Assembly (NCBI GenBank): GCA_965222375.1
Contig: CBDCTZ010000005.1
Coordinates: 64,001-128,000, forward strand
Source of the DNA: Polyangiaceae bacterium
Lineage (GTDB): Bacteria > Myxococcota_A > Polyangia > Polyangiales > Polyangiaceae
Direction: 5' to 3'
DNA: 64,000 nucleotides
A program made the position numbers and the translations under genes. The notes below the pieces were generated by a model, which was not told where the DNA came from, did no database searches, and saw only the letters and a program-made list of their open reading frames with translations. How positions within the stretch are numbered: position 1 is the stretch's first letter; each line of letters opens with the position of its first letter. Shown piece by piece: positions 29,211-38,340 of this stretch.

Positions 29211-31122
29211 GGCGCGAGGATACCACGCGACGGCCCTTGGACCCCTTGGAGCCCCTTCCCCGCACTTGCCCGCCCTTTGAGCGCCCTTTTCCACCTGGAG
29301 GTATCAAGCCTCGAGCGCCTCCGCGAATTAGGTCTCGGCGCCCTGCCCGGCTGAGCGCTTCCCGTGCAAGGGGCCATTTCTCCTCGTCCCACCAGAACAG
29401 CAGTGCCTTGAGCAGCTTCTTCTCGCGTAGGTCCCGGATCACCGTGATGGGCTTTTCGGACAGCGGGTCCAGGCCCGTGACGTACATGGCCGTGGCAACA
29501 GCCATCGGCGTGGGGATGAACTCCTGGATCTGCCTCGGCCGCATATCGCGCTCCTTGAGCCAGAGTGCGAGCTGAATGGTGTCGTGGAAGCCCGACCCGG
29601 GATGCCCCACGATGAAGTAGGGCACTAGGTATTGCTCTTTGCCAGCTTGCTCGCTCGCCTCGCAAAAAGAAGATGCGAAGCGCTCATAGCTCTCGACCCC
29701 CGGCTTCTTCATGGCATTGAGCACCTCCGGATTGGTGTGCTCCGGAGCCACCGACAGCTGGCCGCCGGTATGGTGCGTGGCCAACTCACGGATGAACTCG
29801 GGGCTCCGCTCAGCCAAGTCGTAACGCACCCCCGACGCGATGAAAACGCGACGCACCTTCGGCTCCTCCCTCACCCGTTTGAGCAAGTCAACGAGGGGGC
29901 CGTGATCCGTCGACAGGTTCTCACACACCTTAGGGTACACGCAGGACAGCCGGCGGCAGGCGGCCTCGATGCTGGAGTCTTTGCAGGCTAATTGGTACAT
30001 ATTTGCCGTGGGGCCACCCAGATCGGAAAGCACCCCGGAAAAGCCCTCCATTCGCGCCAACCCGCGCACTTCGCGAAGAACGCTGTCCGCCGACCGACTT
30101 TGAATGATCCGTCCCTCGTGCTCGGTGATGCTGCAGAATGTGCAGCCCCCGAAGCAGCCGCGCATGGTCACCACGGACTCCTTCACGGTATCGAAGGCAG
30201 GAATGCGCTCGTCTCCGTAGCTGGGATGCGGCTGACGCTGGAACGGCAGATCGTACAGGGCATCCATGTCTTCGGTTTCGAGGGGCAGTGCAGGAGGGTT
30301 GAAGTACACAGCTTCGTTGTCGAACACTTGCAGCAAGGGTCGCGCATTGTGGGGATTCGTCTCCACTTGGAACATGCGGGTCATGCGCGCAAAAGCGGGT
30401 TTGTCAGAACAAACCTGCTCGTAGCTGGGAAGCACGACGAGCTTGCCATCGGTGACGAAGCGGCTGGCATTGCTCGCAAGTGGTTTCCACTGCTCTGGGC
30501 TACCCAGACGATACGCCGTGCCGCGAATGTCTCGGAGTTCGGAAATGTCTTCACCGGCGTCCAATCGTTTGGCCACTTCCCAGGCGGCGCGTTCCCCCAT
30601 GCCAAAGACCAATAGATCCGCCTTCGAGTCCAGCACGATCGAACGCCGGATCTGGTCCGACCAGTAGTCATAGTGCGCAATGCGGCGAAGGGATGCCTCG
30701 ATCCCTCCAGCAACCAGGGGCAGCTTTGGAAAGGCTTGCTTGCACAGATTCGAGTAGACGAGGGTCGCACGGTTCGGCCGCAGACCCGGACGACCCGCAG
30801 GTGAGTATTGGTCCTCGCCGCGCACTTTCTTCTGTGCGGTGAGTTTGTTCAACATGCTGTCCAAGTTGCCGGCACTCACCCCGGCAAAGAGCCGGGGACG
30901 CCCCATGCGGGCGATGTCCTCAACGCTGTCCCAACGAGGCTGCGCGACGACGCCCACGCGAAACCCTCGACCCTCGAGGAACCTGGCGACCAGGATCGGC
31001 CCAAACGCTGGATGGTCGACATAAGCGTCGCCCGTCACGATCAACACGTCGAGTTCGTCCCAACCCCGCGCCTGCATCTCCTCGCGATTCGTCGGAAGGA
31101 ATCCAACCGAACGAGGCTGCAT
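29191..31122 (-). CDS. ygiQ: YgiQ-family (UPF0313) radical SAM protein
   Basis: FLPT...GWDELD...[18 protein letters not shown] and [15 protein letters not shown] motifs. Confidence 0.92.
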   Translation of the reverse strand: MQPRSVGFLPTNREEMQARGWDELDVLIVTGDAYVDHPAFGPILVARFLEGRGFRVGVVAQPRWDSVEDIARMGRPRLFAGVSAGNLDSMLNKLTAQKKVRGEDQYSPAGRPGLRPNRATLVYSNLCKQAFPKLPLVAGGIEASLRRIAHYDYWSDQIRRSIVLDSKADLLVFGMGERAAWEVAKRLDAGEDISELRDIRGTAYRLGSPEQWKPLASNASRFVTDGKLVVLPSYEQVCSDKPAFARMTRMFQVETNPHNARPLLQVFDNEAVYFNPPALPLETEDMDALYDLPFQRQPHPSYGDERIPAFDTVKESVVTMRGCFGGCTFCSITEHEGRIIQSRSADSVLREVRGLARMEGFSGVLSDLGGPTANMYQLACKDSSIEAACRRLSCVYPKVCENLSTDHGPLVDLLKRVREEPKVRRVFIASGVRYDLAERSPEFIRELATHHTGGQLSVAPEHTNPEVLNAMKKPGVESYERFASSFCEASEQAGKEQYLVPYFIVGHPGSGFHDTIQLALWLKERDMRPRQIQEFIPTPMAVATAMYVTGLDPLSEKPITVIRDLREKKLLKALLFWWDEEKWPLAREALSRAGRRDLIRGGARGLIPPGGKGRSKGGQVRGRGSKGSKGRRVVSSRRGEHGR

Positions 31123-31291
31123 CGCAGCGCCCCGAGAGCGCCGAAGGGGGACCAAAGCCATGGCCCACACAGCATACTCCGAGTCGAAAGCTGGGGCTTT
31201 TTCCGGTGCGTGGGACGCAGGAACGCCGATCCTGGACGCTGATCGCCCTGACGCTAGCCAGGCTTGGCCCCATGCTAGCTTTGACCGACGA

Positions 31292-34012
31292 ATGTTGCGC
31301 CGGCTTCTGGAGCTACGAGACGACGAACGGCGACCTACCTGGATCGCCTTTGTCACATTGTTGTCCATCATGGCGGGGCATGCGCTGCTGGAAACGGCGC
31401 GAGACGCTCTATTCCTGGCGTCGCTTCCCGCCGCCCACCTGCCCTTCGTCTACATCGCGGTCGCCGCCGTAGCCTGGGTGCTCTCACATCTTGAACCCCG
31501 TCTACGCCCAGACGATTGTGCCATCGCCCTGAGCCGGACTCTCGTAGTCGCCGCTATCGTGACCACCGGGTTTTGGTTCTTTTTGGCAGACGCGGGGCGC
31601 GGCGGGCTGTACGTGCTCTACGTGTGGTCAGCAGTCGTGGCGTCCCTCGCCGTGGCTGGTTTTTGGCTGATGCTCGGTGAGCGCTTCACGGTCACCCAAG
31701 CCAAGCGTGTGTACGCCTTGGTAGGCACCGCCGGCGTACTGGGCGCCGTGACCGGCGCGGCCATCGCCGGCATCGTGGCGGCAAACGTGCCAGCTAACTA
31801 CCTGCTGCTCATTGCGGCAGGCTTTTTCGTCCTGTCGAGCGTTGGACCCCATTGGCTCGCTCAGGAAAAGGGCCGGATTCAACGCACTCAAGAAGACGCG
31901 CCTCAGCTGGGGCCTGAGCTGCCCAACAATCCCTACGTGATCCGCCTGGCACTGCTCGCATTGCTGGCAGCCATGACCTTCACGGTCGTCGACTATGTCT
32001 TCAAGAGCATGGTAGCCGCCCGGGTGCCGGCGGAAGAGCTAGGCGCGTTTCTGGCAAAAACCTACTTCGTGCTCAACGTGCTGTCGCTCTTGGCCCAACT
32101 TGCGTTGGTGCAAAGCGCCGTACGCATGCTCGGTGTGACCGGCGCGCTGATACTGCTGCCTCTTGGGCTCCTCGGCGGAGGTGTGGGGCTGTTCGTGACC
32201 GCCGGGCTGCTATCCGCCCTCGCCCTCAAGGGCTTGGACGGTAGCCTACGCTACTCGCTGCATCGAACCACCGTCGAGTTGCTCTACGTGCCTATGTCGG
32301 ATCGAGCTCGAACCCGTTCCAAGACGACGATCGACGTCGTAGTGCAGCGCGGCGCGCAGGCCGTGGGATCTCTGGGCATCCTGCTCGCACTTTGGGCAGG
32401 CGCTTCGCCCGGAATTTTCGGGATCGCAATCGTCGTACTGTGCGTGCTTTGGCTCGGCGTGGCCGTCAGCATGCGGAGCCACTACTTCGACCTGTTCCGG
32501 CAGACCCTGAAGGAATCGGCAGCCCAGCCCAAGGTGGCATTCCCGGAATTGGACCTCTCTTCGCTGGAGTCCATCATCGCCACGTTGAACAGCCGAAACG
32601 ATCTCGAGGTCGTTGCAGCGCTGAATTACCTCCGGGATGAGGGTCGCGCGCGCCTGATTCCTGCTCTGATCCTGTACCACCCATCCCCGGAGGTCGTGGT
32701 GCACGCGTTGAGCATCCTGGTCGAATCCAAGCGAGACGACTTCTTGGTCATCGCCGAGCGTTTGGTCGAACGCGAAGACGTTACCATCCGAACCGCTGCG
32801 CTGCGAGCGATTGCGGCATGCCGCCCCGAACGGGAGCAACTCGAGCGCTTCGCGATAAACGAGTGCAAGGCCATCTCGGTGACGGCTCAAGTGGGCTTGG
32901 TGGGTGCCGGTTGGATGAGTCAGAACGACGGGTTGGAACGCTTTGACGCCATCATCGACGAGGCGAACCCCGTTGCCATGGCGGCCCTCGCAGAAGCCAT
33001 CGCGGCAAGACCCTCCGTGTACTTCGAGGACGTGCTGATTCGCCTCGGCAAGGCTGAAGACAACGGCGTCAAGTTGGCGGCGCTGCGGGCGATGGCGCGA
33101 GCCCCGAGCGCACGCTACCTCTCCATCCTCCCGCACATGCTGCCCGTGCGGGAGCTCCGTGGCGAGGCGCGCACCACGCTGTTGGCTATGGGCGACACCG
33201 CCCTGTCCTATCTGGGCGGCGCCCTCGCGGACGAAGGCCGCAGTCTCGCGGTTCGTCGCCACTTGCCCAGGACCATCATGCGATTCGAGGCGAGCAAAGC
33301 CGCGCCCGTGTTGCTGGAGCAGGTTGCTGTCGAAGGCGACGGGGTCGTGCGCTACAAGATCCTGCGCGCCTTGGGCAAACTGCGGGTTGAGCACCCAGAC
33401 CTCACCCTCGACGGCGACGCCCTTCACGATCTGATTGGACGCACGATTTCCCGCACCTATGAGCTCGTTGAATGGCGCGCCGCACTGGAACGAGGCGCGG
33501 AGGCGTCGCCGGAGCGGAAAACCGACGCTCAGGGGCTGTTGCGGCAGCTTTTGCTCGACAAGGAGACCAACGGCATCGAGCGATTGTTTCGGCTATTGGG
33601 CTTGGCCTACAGCGGCGAAAACCTCGAGACGCTTTACCGCGGCCTGCGTAGCCCGCGCCCAGACGTGCAAGCGTCGAGCCGGGAACTGATCGAGAAATTG
33701 CTCAGTGGCAGCCTTCGGGAAGCCGTTTTGGGCTTGATGGACACCGCGCCAGCCGACGTCAGGCTGCGCTCGGCGGGTCCCTATCACAGCCCGACCGAGA
33801 AGAGTTACGAACTCGTGGTTCAAGATCTGGTCAGCGTGTCGAGTGAGTCGGTTCGAAGCCTCGCCATGTACCACGCTGCGGAACTCGGGTTGAGTCGGCT
33901 GCAGGCACACATCGAGGCCCTCGCTGGCGATGACACGCCTGCGGCGAGCCGCAGAATCGCGGAGCGCGCCTTGGAGATCCTGGAGCGTAGTCCCAAGTTG
34001 GTGGAAGCATGA
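31292..34012 (+). CDS. NTT/TLC-like MFS membrane domain fused to HEAT repeats
   Basis: About 12 hydrophobic helices with ARDALFL and [17 protein letters not shown], followed by ~500 aa of HEAT-like helical repeats. Start uncertain (ORF from 31160). Confidence 0.82.
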   Translation: MLRRLLELRDDERRPTWIAFVTLLSIMAGHALLETARDALFLASLPAAHLPFVYIAVAAVAWVLSHLEPRLRPDDCAIALSRTLVVAAIVTTGFWFFLADAGRGGLYVLYVWSAVVASLAVAGFWLMLGERFTVTQAKRVYALVGTAGVLGAVTGAAIAGIVAANVPANYLLLIAAGFFVLSSVGPHWLAQEKGRIQRTQEDAPQLGPELPNNPYVIRLALLALLAAMTFTVVDYVFKSMVAARVPAEELGAFLAKTYFVLNVLSLLAQLALVQSAVRMLGVTGALILLPLGLLGGGVGLFVTAGLLSALALKGLDGSLRYSLHRTTVELLYVPMSDRARTRSKTTIDVVVQRGAQAVGSLGILLALWAGASPGIFGIAIVVLCVLWLGVAVSMRSHYFDLFRQTLKESAAQPKVAFPELDLSSLESIIATLNSRNDLEVVAALNYLRDEGRARLIPALILYHPSPEVVVHALSILVESKRDDFLVIAERLVEREDVTIRTAALRAIAACRPEREQLERFAINECKAISVTAQVGLVGAGWMSQNDGLERFDAIIDEANPVAMAALAEAIAARPSVYFEDVLIRLGKAEDNGVKLAALRAMARAPSARYLSILPHMLPVRELRGEARTTLLAMGDTALSYLGGALADEGRSLAVRRHLPRTIMRFEASKAAPVLLEQVAVEGDGVVRYKILRALGKLRVEHPDLTLDGDALHDLIGRTISRTYELVEWRAALERGAEASPERKTDAQGLLRQLLLDKETNGIERLFRLLGLAYSGENLETLYRGLRSPRPDVQASSRELIEKLLSGSLREAVLGLMDTAPADVRLRSAGPYHSPTEKSYELVVQDLVSVSSESVRSLAMYHAAELGLSRLQAHIEALAGDDTPAASRRIAERALEILERSPKLVEA

Positions 34013-34974
34013 CCATGGACGCCCGCTATGTCGGCCCCGTCGAGAGGTTGATCTACCTTCGCACGCTACCGACTTTCAACTTACTGCCACCGGGCGAGTT
34101 GGCGCAGATGGCTCACAACACCCGCGAACGCTTCTTCAAGAAGAGCTCACGCCTGATCGAAGAAGGGCGGGAGGCGGGTCACGTCTTCTTCATCGTGGAG
34201 GGCGTCGTTTCGACGCGGCGCGAGGGACGGATCATGCAATTGATCGAGCCTCCCTTCGCCGTGGGCTTCCTGCCGGTGCTGTCCCATGACCCCAACGGCA
34301 TCGAAGCGCGGGCGGAGACCGATGTCGTGGCCTTGGAGCTGAGCGCCGACGATCTCATGGACGCCATGGAAGACAACTTTCTCCTCGTGGAGCGGGGGAT
34401 TCGTCAGATGTCCAAACAGCTCGCAGAGCAGCAGCAACGCCTCGAATCCCGGGGGCTGCTGGACCGCTCCGAGCCCACGCCCGGCCCGGCTGTGGACCAC
34501 CCTCTAGACCTCGTGCAGCGCTTGGTGCTGCTGCGGCGTAGCGGCCCCTTCAAGGACACCAGCCTCGATCCTCTCTCCGAACTCGCCCGGCGCAACATCG
34601 AGGTGCGCTACGAACCCGGCGCCGTACTGTGGCGGGCAGGAGATCCTTCCACATGGGGATTGCACATCGTGCACGGAATCGTTCGCTGCGAAGCACCCGA
34701 CGGGACACGGAGTTTTCGCATGGGTTACGACTCGGTGCTCGGCTATTCTGAGGCCTACGGGCGCGCGCCCCGGAGCTACGACGCCATCGCAGAAACCCAA
34801 GTGGTCGGGCTGCGCGGAGACGCCGATATCTTCTTCGACATTCTGGAAGACAACTTCGATGTTGGAATGACTTTTCTCAGCTTTCTGGCGACCATCCTGA
34901 CTGAGCTGTACGAACAGGTCGCGGCAGCCGACGCCGCGAGCATGGAAGCGGCGCAGGCGGTACCCGGTTCCTGA
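34009..34974 (+). CDS. Tandem cyclic-nucleotide-binding (cNMP) domain protein
   Basis: Two repeats of (E/Q)RL..LR...F..L....L..(M/L)A......(F/Y).....L...G.......IV.G.V. ATGA overlap with the upstream gene. Confidence 0.85.
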   Translation: MTMDARYVGPVERLIYLRTLPTFNLLPPGELAQMAHNTRERFFKKSSRLIEEGREAGHVFFIVEGVVSTRREGRIMQLIEPPFAVGFLPVLSHDPNGIEARAETDVVALELSADDLMDAMEDNFLLVERGIRQMSKQLAEQQQRLESRGLLDRSEPTPGPAVDHPLDLVQRLVLLRRSGPFKDTSLDPLSELARRNIEVRYEPGAVLWRAGDPSTWGLHIVHGIVRCEAPDGTRSFRMGYDSVLGYSEAYGRAPRSYDAIAETQVVGLRGDADIFFDILEDNFDVGMTFLSFLATILTELYEQVAAADAASMEAAQAVPGS

Positions 34975-34979
34975 GCGCC

Positions 34980-36574
34980 TCAGTCGAAGCGCCGAAAGCC
35001 GCCCTTGCCCTTGGGGCGGCTGACCGTGACCCGGGAGCTTCCGCGCTTCGAATCGGCCTTGCTCAGAGAAACTCGCAAGCGCTGATTGACGTCGGGGGTG
35101 ACCCGCTCGACCGCCTCGGTATGGTCCGCCAGGCGAATGGCAACGTCAATGGGCTTGGACCCCTTCTCGACTCTGAGTTGGAACGGCGTCTTGCCCTGTT
35201 CCTTCTCGAAGACCCAGACCGACGCTCCACTGGGCTTGCTATCCACACCAATGGTCACAAACACCTTTGGCGGGGGGGTTGCGAGAGCTGAGACAGCTTT
35301 TGCGGGATTGCGATTCAAACTCGCAAGCAGGGGCGGAGGCGGCTGCGGGGTGCGCGTTGCCAGAAGGCCGATGCCGACCAGCACCGCAACAACCAAAGCG
35401 GCCGCTCCAACCAGCAACCATCGGCCTGACGATTTGTGTCTCCCCGCATGGGGTCCGTACTTCCGGAGACAGATCCGAAACTGAACCCACTCTCGTTTTG
35501 AGATTGCGCGGACGACGCAGCGCCGGGGCCGACTTCTGGCAACTCGACGCCACTATCAGTCTCAGCCGCGGGGACTTCTGTAAGGCGCGCGCCTGCGCGC
35601 AGCCTGGCGAGCATTTCGCCTTTTGCCGCGATGCGATCCGGAAACAGCTCCTGCATCATCGACGCGAGCGCTTCCTCGGGCGCCAACGGTGCCTCCATCG
35701 CGCGCATTGCCCCAAGCAGCGCTCGTCGCATGTCGGCGGCCGTTTGGTAGCGCTCGTCTGGGTTGCGAGTCAATGCCTTCATCACCACAGCTGCCAGCGC
35801 CGGTGGGTATCCCGGCACCTTGTCCGAAGGCTTGGGGATCGGATCTCGGCAAACCGCATCCAGCACCGCGAGCTTGCTCCTGCGCTTGAACAGTCGAGTG
35901 CGGGTAGACAGTTCGTACAACACGACCCCAAGAGCAAACACATCGCTGCGACGATCAATGGGTTTGCCTCGGCATTGCTCCGGTGACATGTACTCAAATT
36001 TGCCCTTTAGCTGCCCTGCCTCGGTCTGTGTGATCCGATCCGCAGCCTTGGCGATGCCGAAATCCAGCACTTTGACGCCACCTGAATAGGTCACGAAGAT
36101 GTTCTGCGGAGAAACGTCGCGATGGACGAGATTCAAAGACGCTCCGTCCGGGTCCACCAACTCATGGGCAGCGTGGAGCCCGGCACAGGCCTCGGCCATG
36201 ACGAATGCGATCAGGGCGAAGTCCGTGGGGCGCTTGTGCGCAATGCCGCGACGCACGACTCCGGCCGAGTTCTCGCCCTCCAGGTACTCCATGACCAGAA
36301 AGAGGTTCTCGTCCTCCTCGCCAAGTTCCTGCACCTGGACCACATTCGGGTGCCGGATTCGAGCCGCTAACCTCGCTTCGTCCAAGAACATGGTGACGAA
36401 ACTCGGCTCCTCGGCCAGGTGAGGCAGGATGCGCTTGACGACCACCGGACGCTCGAATCCGCTCGGCCCCACGAGACGCCCGAGCAGGATCTCGGCCATG
36501 CCGCCCATGGCTAGGCGCCCGGCTATTTCATACCGACCGACGGTTTCGGTCGCCTTGGATTCCGCGCCAGCCAT
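34980..36574 (-). pseudogene. Ser/Thr kinase-TM-PEGA gene split by a frameshift near 35442-35453 (real or sequencing error)
   Basis: Kinase domain (AMGGMAEI, HRDVSPQN, DFGIAK, YMSPE) in 36574-35315. TM helix (RWLLVGAAALVVAVLVGIGLL) and PEGA (SKPSGASV..G.TP) lie in another frame ending at 34980. Confidence 0.8.
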
Positions 36575-36603
36575 TTTCCCTGATAAGGTACAAGGCTAGC
36601 GCA

Positions 36604-37374
36604 ATGCCAGCAGGGCGAACAACCATTCTAACCCTCCTTATTTGCTTGGTTTTCTCACTCGTCGCCACGGCCCCAGGGGTCGCGCTGGCCGACAAGAGCC
36701 CCAAAGCAGAGGCTCTGGAGCTCTTCGAGGAAAGTGCCAAGCGGTATCAGGCCGGCAAGTTCGACGAAGCGGCGGAGCTCCTGGAGAAGGCGTACGCCCT
36801 GCACCAAGAGCCCGTGCTCCTCTACAACCTCGCCCGGGCCTACGACGGCCTGGGCGAGTACCAAAAAGCGATCGACGCCTACGAAAAGTATCTCTCGCAG
36901 TCACCGAAAGCCAAAGACCGGGGAGCGTTGGAGCGTCGGATCCAAACCATGAAGGACGATCTGGCCCGGCGAAAGACATTGGAGGAGCGCGAAAAGCGGC
37001 TGGAGGAGAAGAAGGAAGCGCCGCCCCCACCCAAAGACGAGCCCAAACCCGCACCCAGTTCCGGCGCGGGCCCCTGGCCTTGGGTCGTGACGGGCGTGGG
37101 CGTAGCCGCCCTGGGCGCTGGCGCCGTATTCGGACTTCAGGCAAATGGCAAGCGCACGGACGCTGAAGACGAACCAGTGCAACGCAACGCCGCGGAGACC
37201 TTCCGCGACGCAGAAAGCCTTGCCTCCACCGCAAACGTCTTCTTCATCGCCGGTGCAGTGATTACCGCGGGCGGCGTTACCTGGCTCATCTTGGACCAGC
37301 AGCGTCGCAAAGAAAGTGGCAGACTCAAGCTGCATCTGACGCCGCGATCGGTCACTCTGAGTGGTCACCTCTAA
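36604..37374 (+). CDS. Secreted TPR protein with C-terminal hydrophobic segments
   Basis: Signal peptide, LLYNLARAYDGLGEYQKAIDAYEKYL and two hydrophobic segments. Confidence 0.85.
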   Translation: MPAGRTTILTLLICLVFSLVATAPGVALADKSPKAEALELFEESAKRYQAGKFDEAAELLEKAYALHQEPVLLYNLARAYDGLGEYQKAIDAYEKYLSQSPKAKDRGALERRIQTMKDDLARRKTLEEREKRLEEKKEAPPPPKDEPKPAPSSGAGPWPWVVTGVGVAALGAGAVFGLQANGKRTDAEDEPVQRNAAETFRDAESLASTANVFFIAGAVITAGGVTWLILDQQRRKESGRLKLHLTPRSVTLSGHL

Positions 37375-38331
37375 ATGCGCTCTCAGTCCACGTTGCTCGT
37401 CCTTCTTCTCGCGGTCCTCGCCCCGCCAGCGTGTAGCGTGGACCCGGTCGACCTGAGCGGAAAGCGCTGCCCCTGCGAAGAACCCTTCGTCTGCGACGAC
37501 AACACCGATGTGTGCATTTCCCCAGATCAGGATGCGAGCGTCGGGGGTGGTGCGGGCTCCTCGGGCGCGTCCGGGTCCGGCGGCGCGTCGGGAGCATCTG
37601 GGAGCGGCGGCATTTCAGGGACTGGCGGGACGGGTCTTGGAGGTTTTGGTGGCACCGCCGCCACGGGCGGTGGCGGCGGCTGCCTCTCGACGCAGAAGCT
37701 CTGTGGGGGCAAGTGTGTCAGCAAAAGCAGTTCGCTGTACGGCTGCACCTCAACCGGGTGCACGCCGTGCGGGACCTTTCAAAACGCGACTGCGGTGTGC
37801 AAGTCCAGCGCCTGCTCGCCGTCGTGCAAGTCGGGCTTTGGTGACTGCGACAAGATCACTAGCAACGGCTGCGAGCGCACGGTATCCGACTCAGCCAACT
37901 GTGGCGCCTGCGGGAAGACATGCTCAACAGCAAACGCCTCGACAACTCAATGTGTAAGCGCGAAGTGCGCCCCCGTATGCAATGCCGGATTCGGCAATTG
38001 CACAACGCCGTCGAGTACGCTTCCCGACAACGGCTGTGAGACCAATCTCAACACCTCCAAGAGCCACTGCGGAGGCTGCGGCGATTCCTGCACCGCAGGC
38101 CTCACCTGCGCCGATGGGCGCTGCGGCTGTAGCACGTCGACCCAGTGTGAGGGGTTCACGGGCGTCCAGAACGCCGTGTGCAACCCCACGAGTCGCTTGT
38201 GCAGCTGCGAAGGGAAGCTCTGTGTTCAGGGCGAAGTCTGCATCAAAGACACCGGGACAAACCGGTGTTCTTGTGGGTTGGGAGCGGCCTGCACCCCCGG
38301 TCAGACCTGCATCGACGGCAAGTGCGTCTAA
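37375..38331 (+). CDS. Cys-rich lipoprotein with Gly linker (myxobacterial disulfide-repeat type)
   Basis: PPAC lipobox and repeats of NGCE...(N/H)CG.CG..C. Confidence 0.85.
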   Translation: MRSQSTLLVLLLAVLAPPACSVDPVDLSGKRCPCEEPFVCDDNTDVCISPDQDASVGGGAGSSGASGSGGASGASGSGGISGTGGTGLGGFGGTAATGGGGGCLSTQKLCGGKCVSKSSSLYGCTSTGCTPCGTFQNATAVCKSSACSPSCKSGFGDCDKITSNGCERTVSDSANCGACGKTCSTANASTTQCVSAKCAPVCNAGFGNCTTPSSTLPDNGCETNLNTSKSHCGGCGDSCTAGLTCADGRCGCSTSTQCEGFTGVQNAVCNPTSRLCSCEGKLCVQGEVCIKDTGTNRCSCGLGAACTPGQTCIDGKCV

Positions 38332-38340
38332 GCGCCTCTT

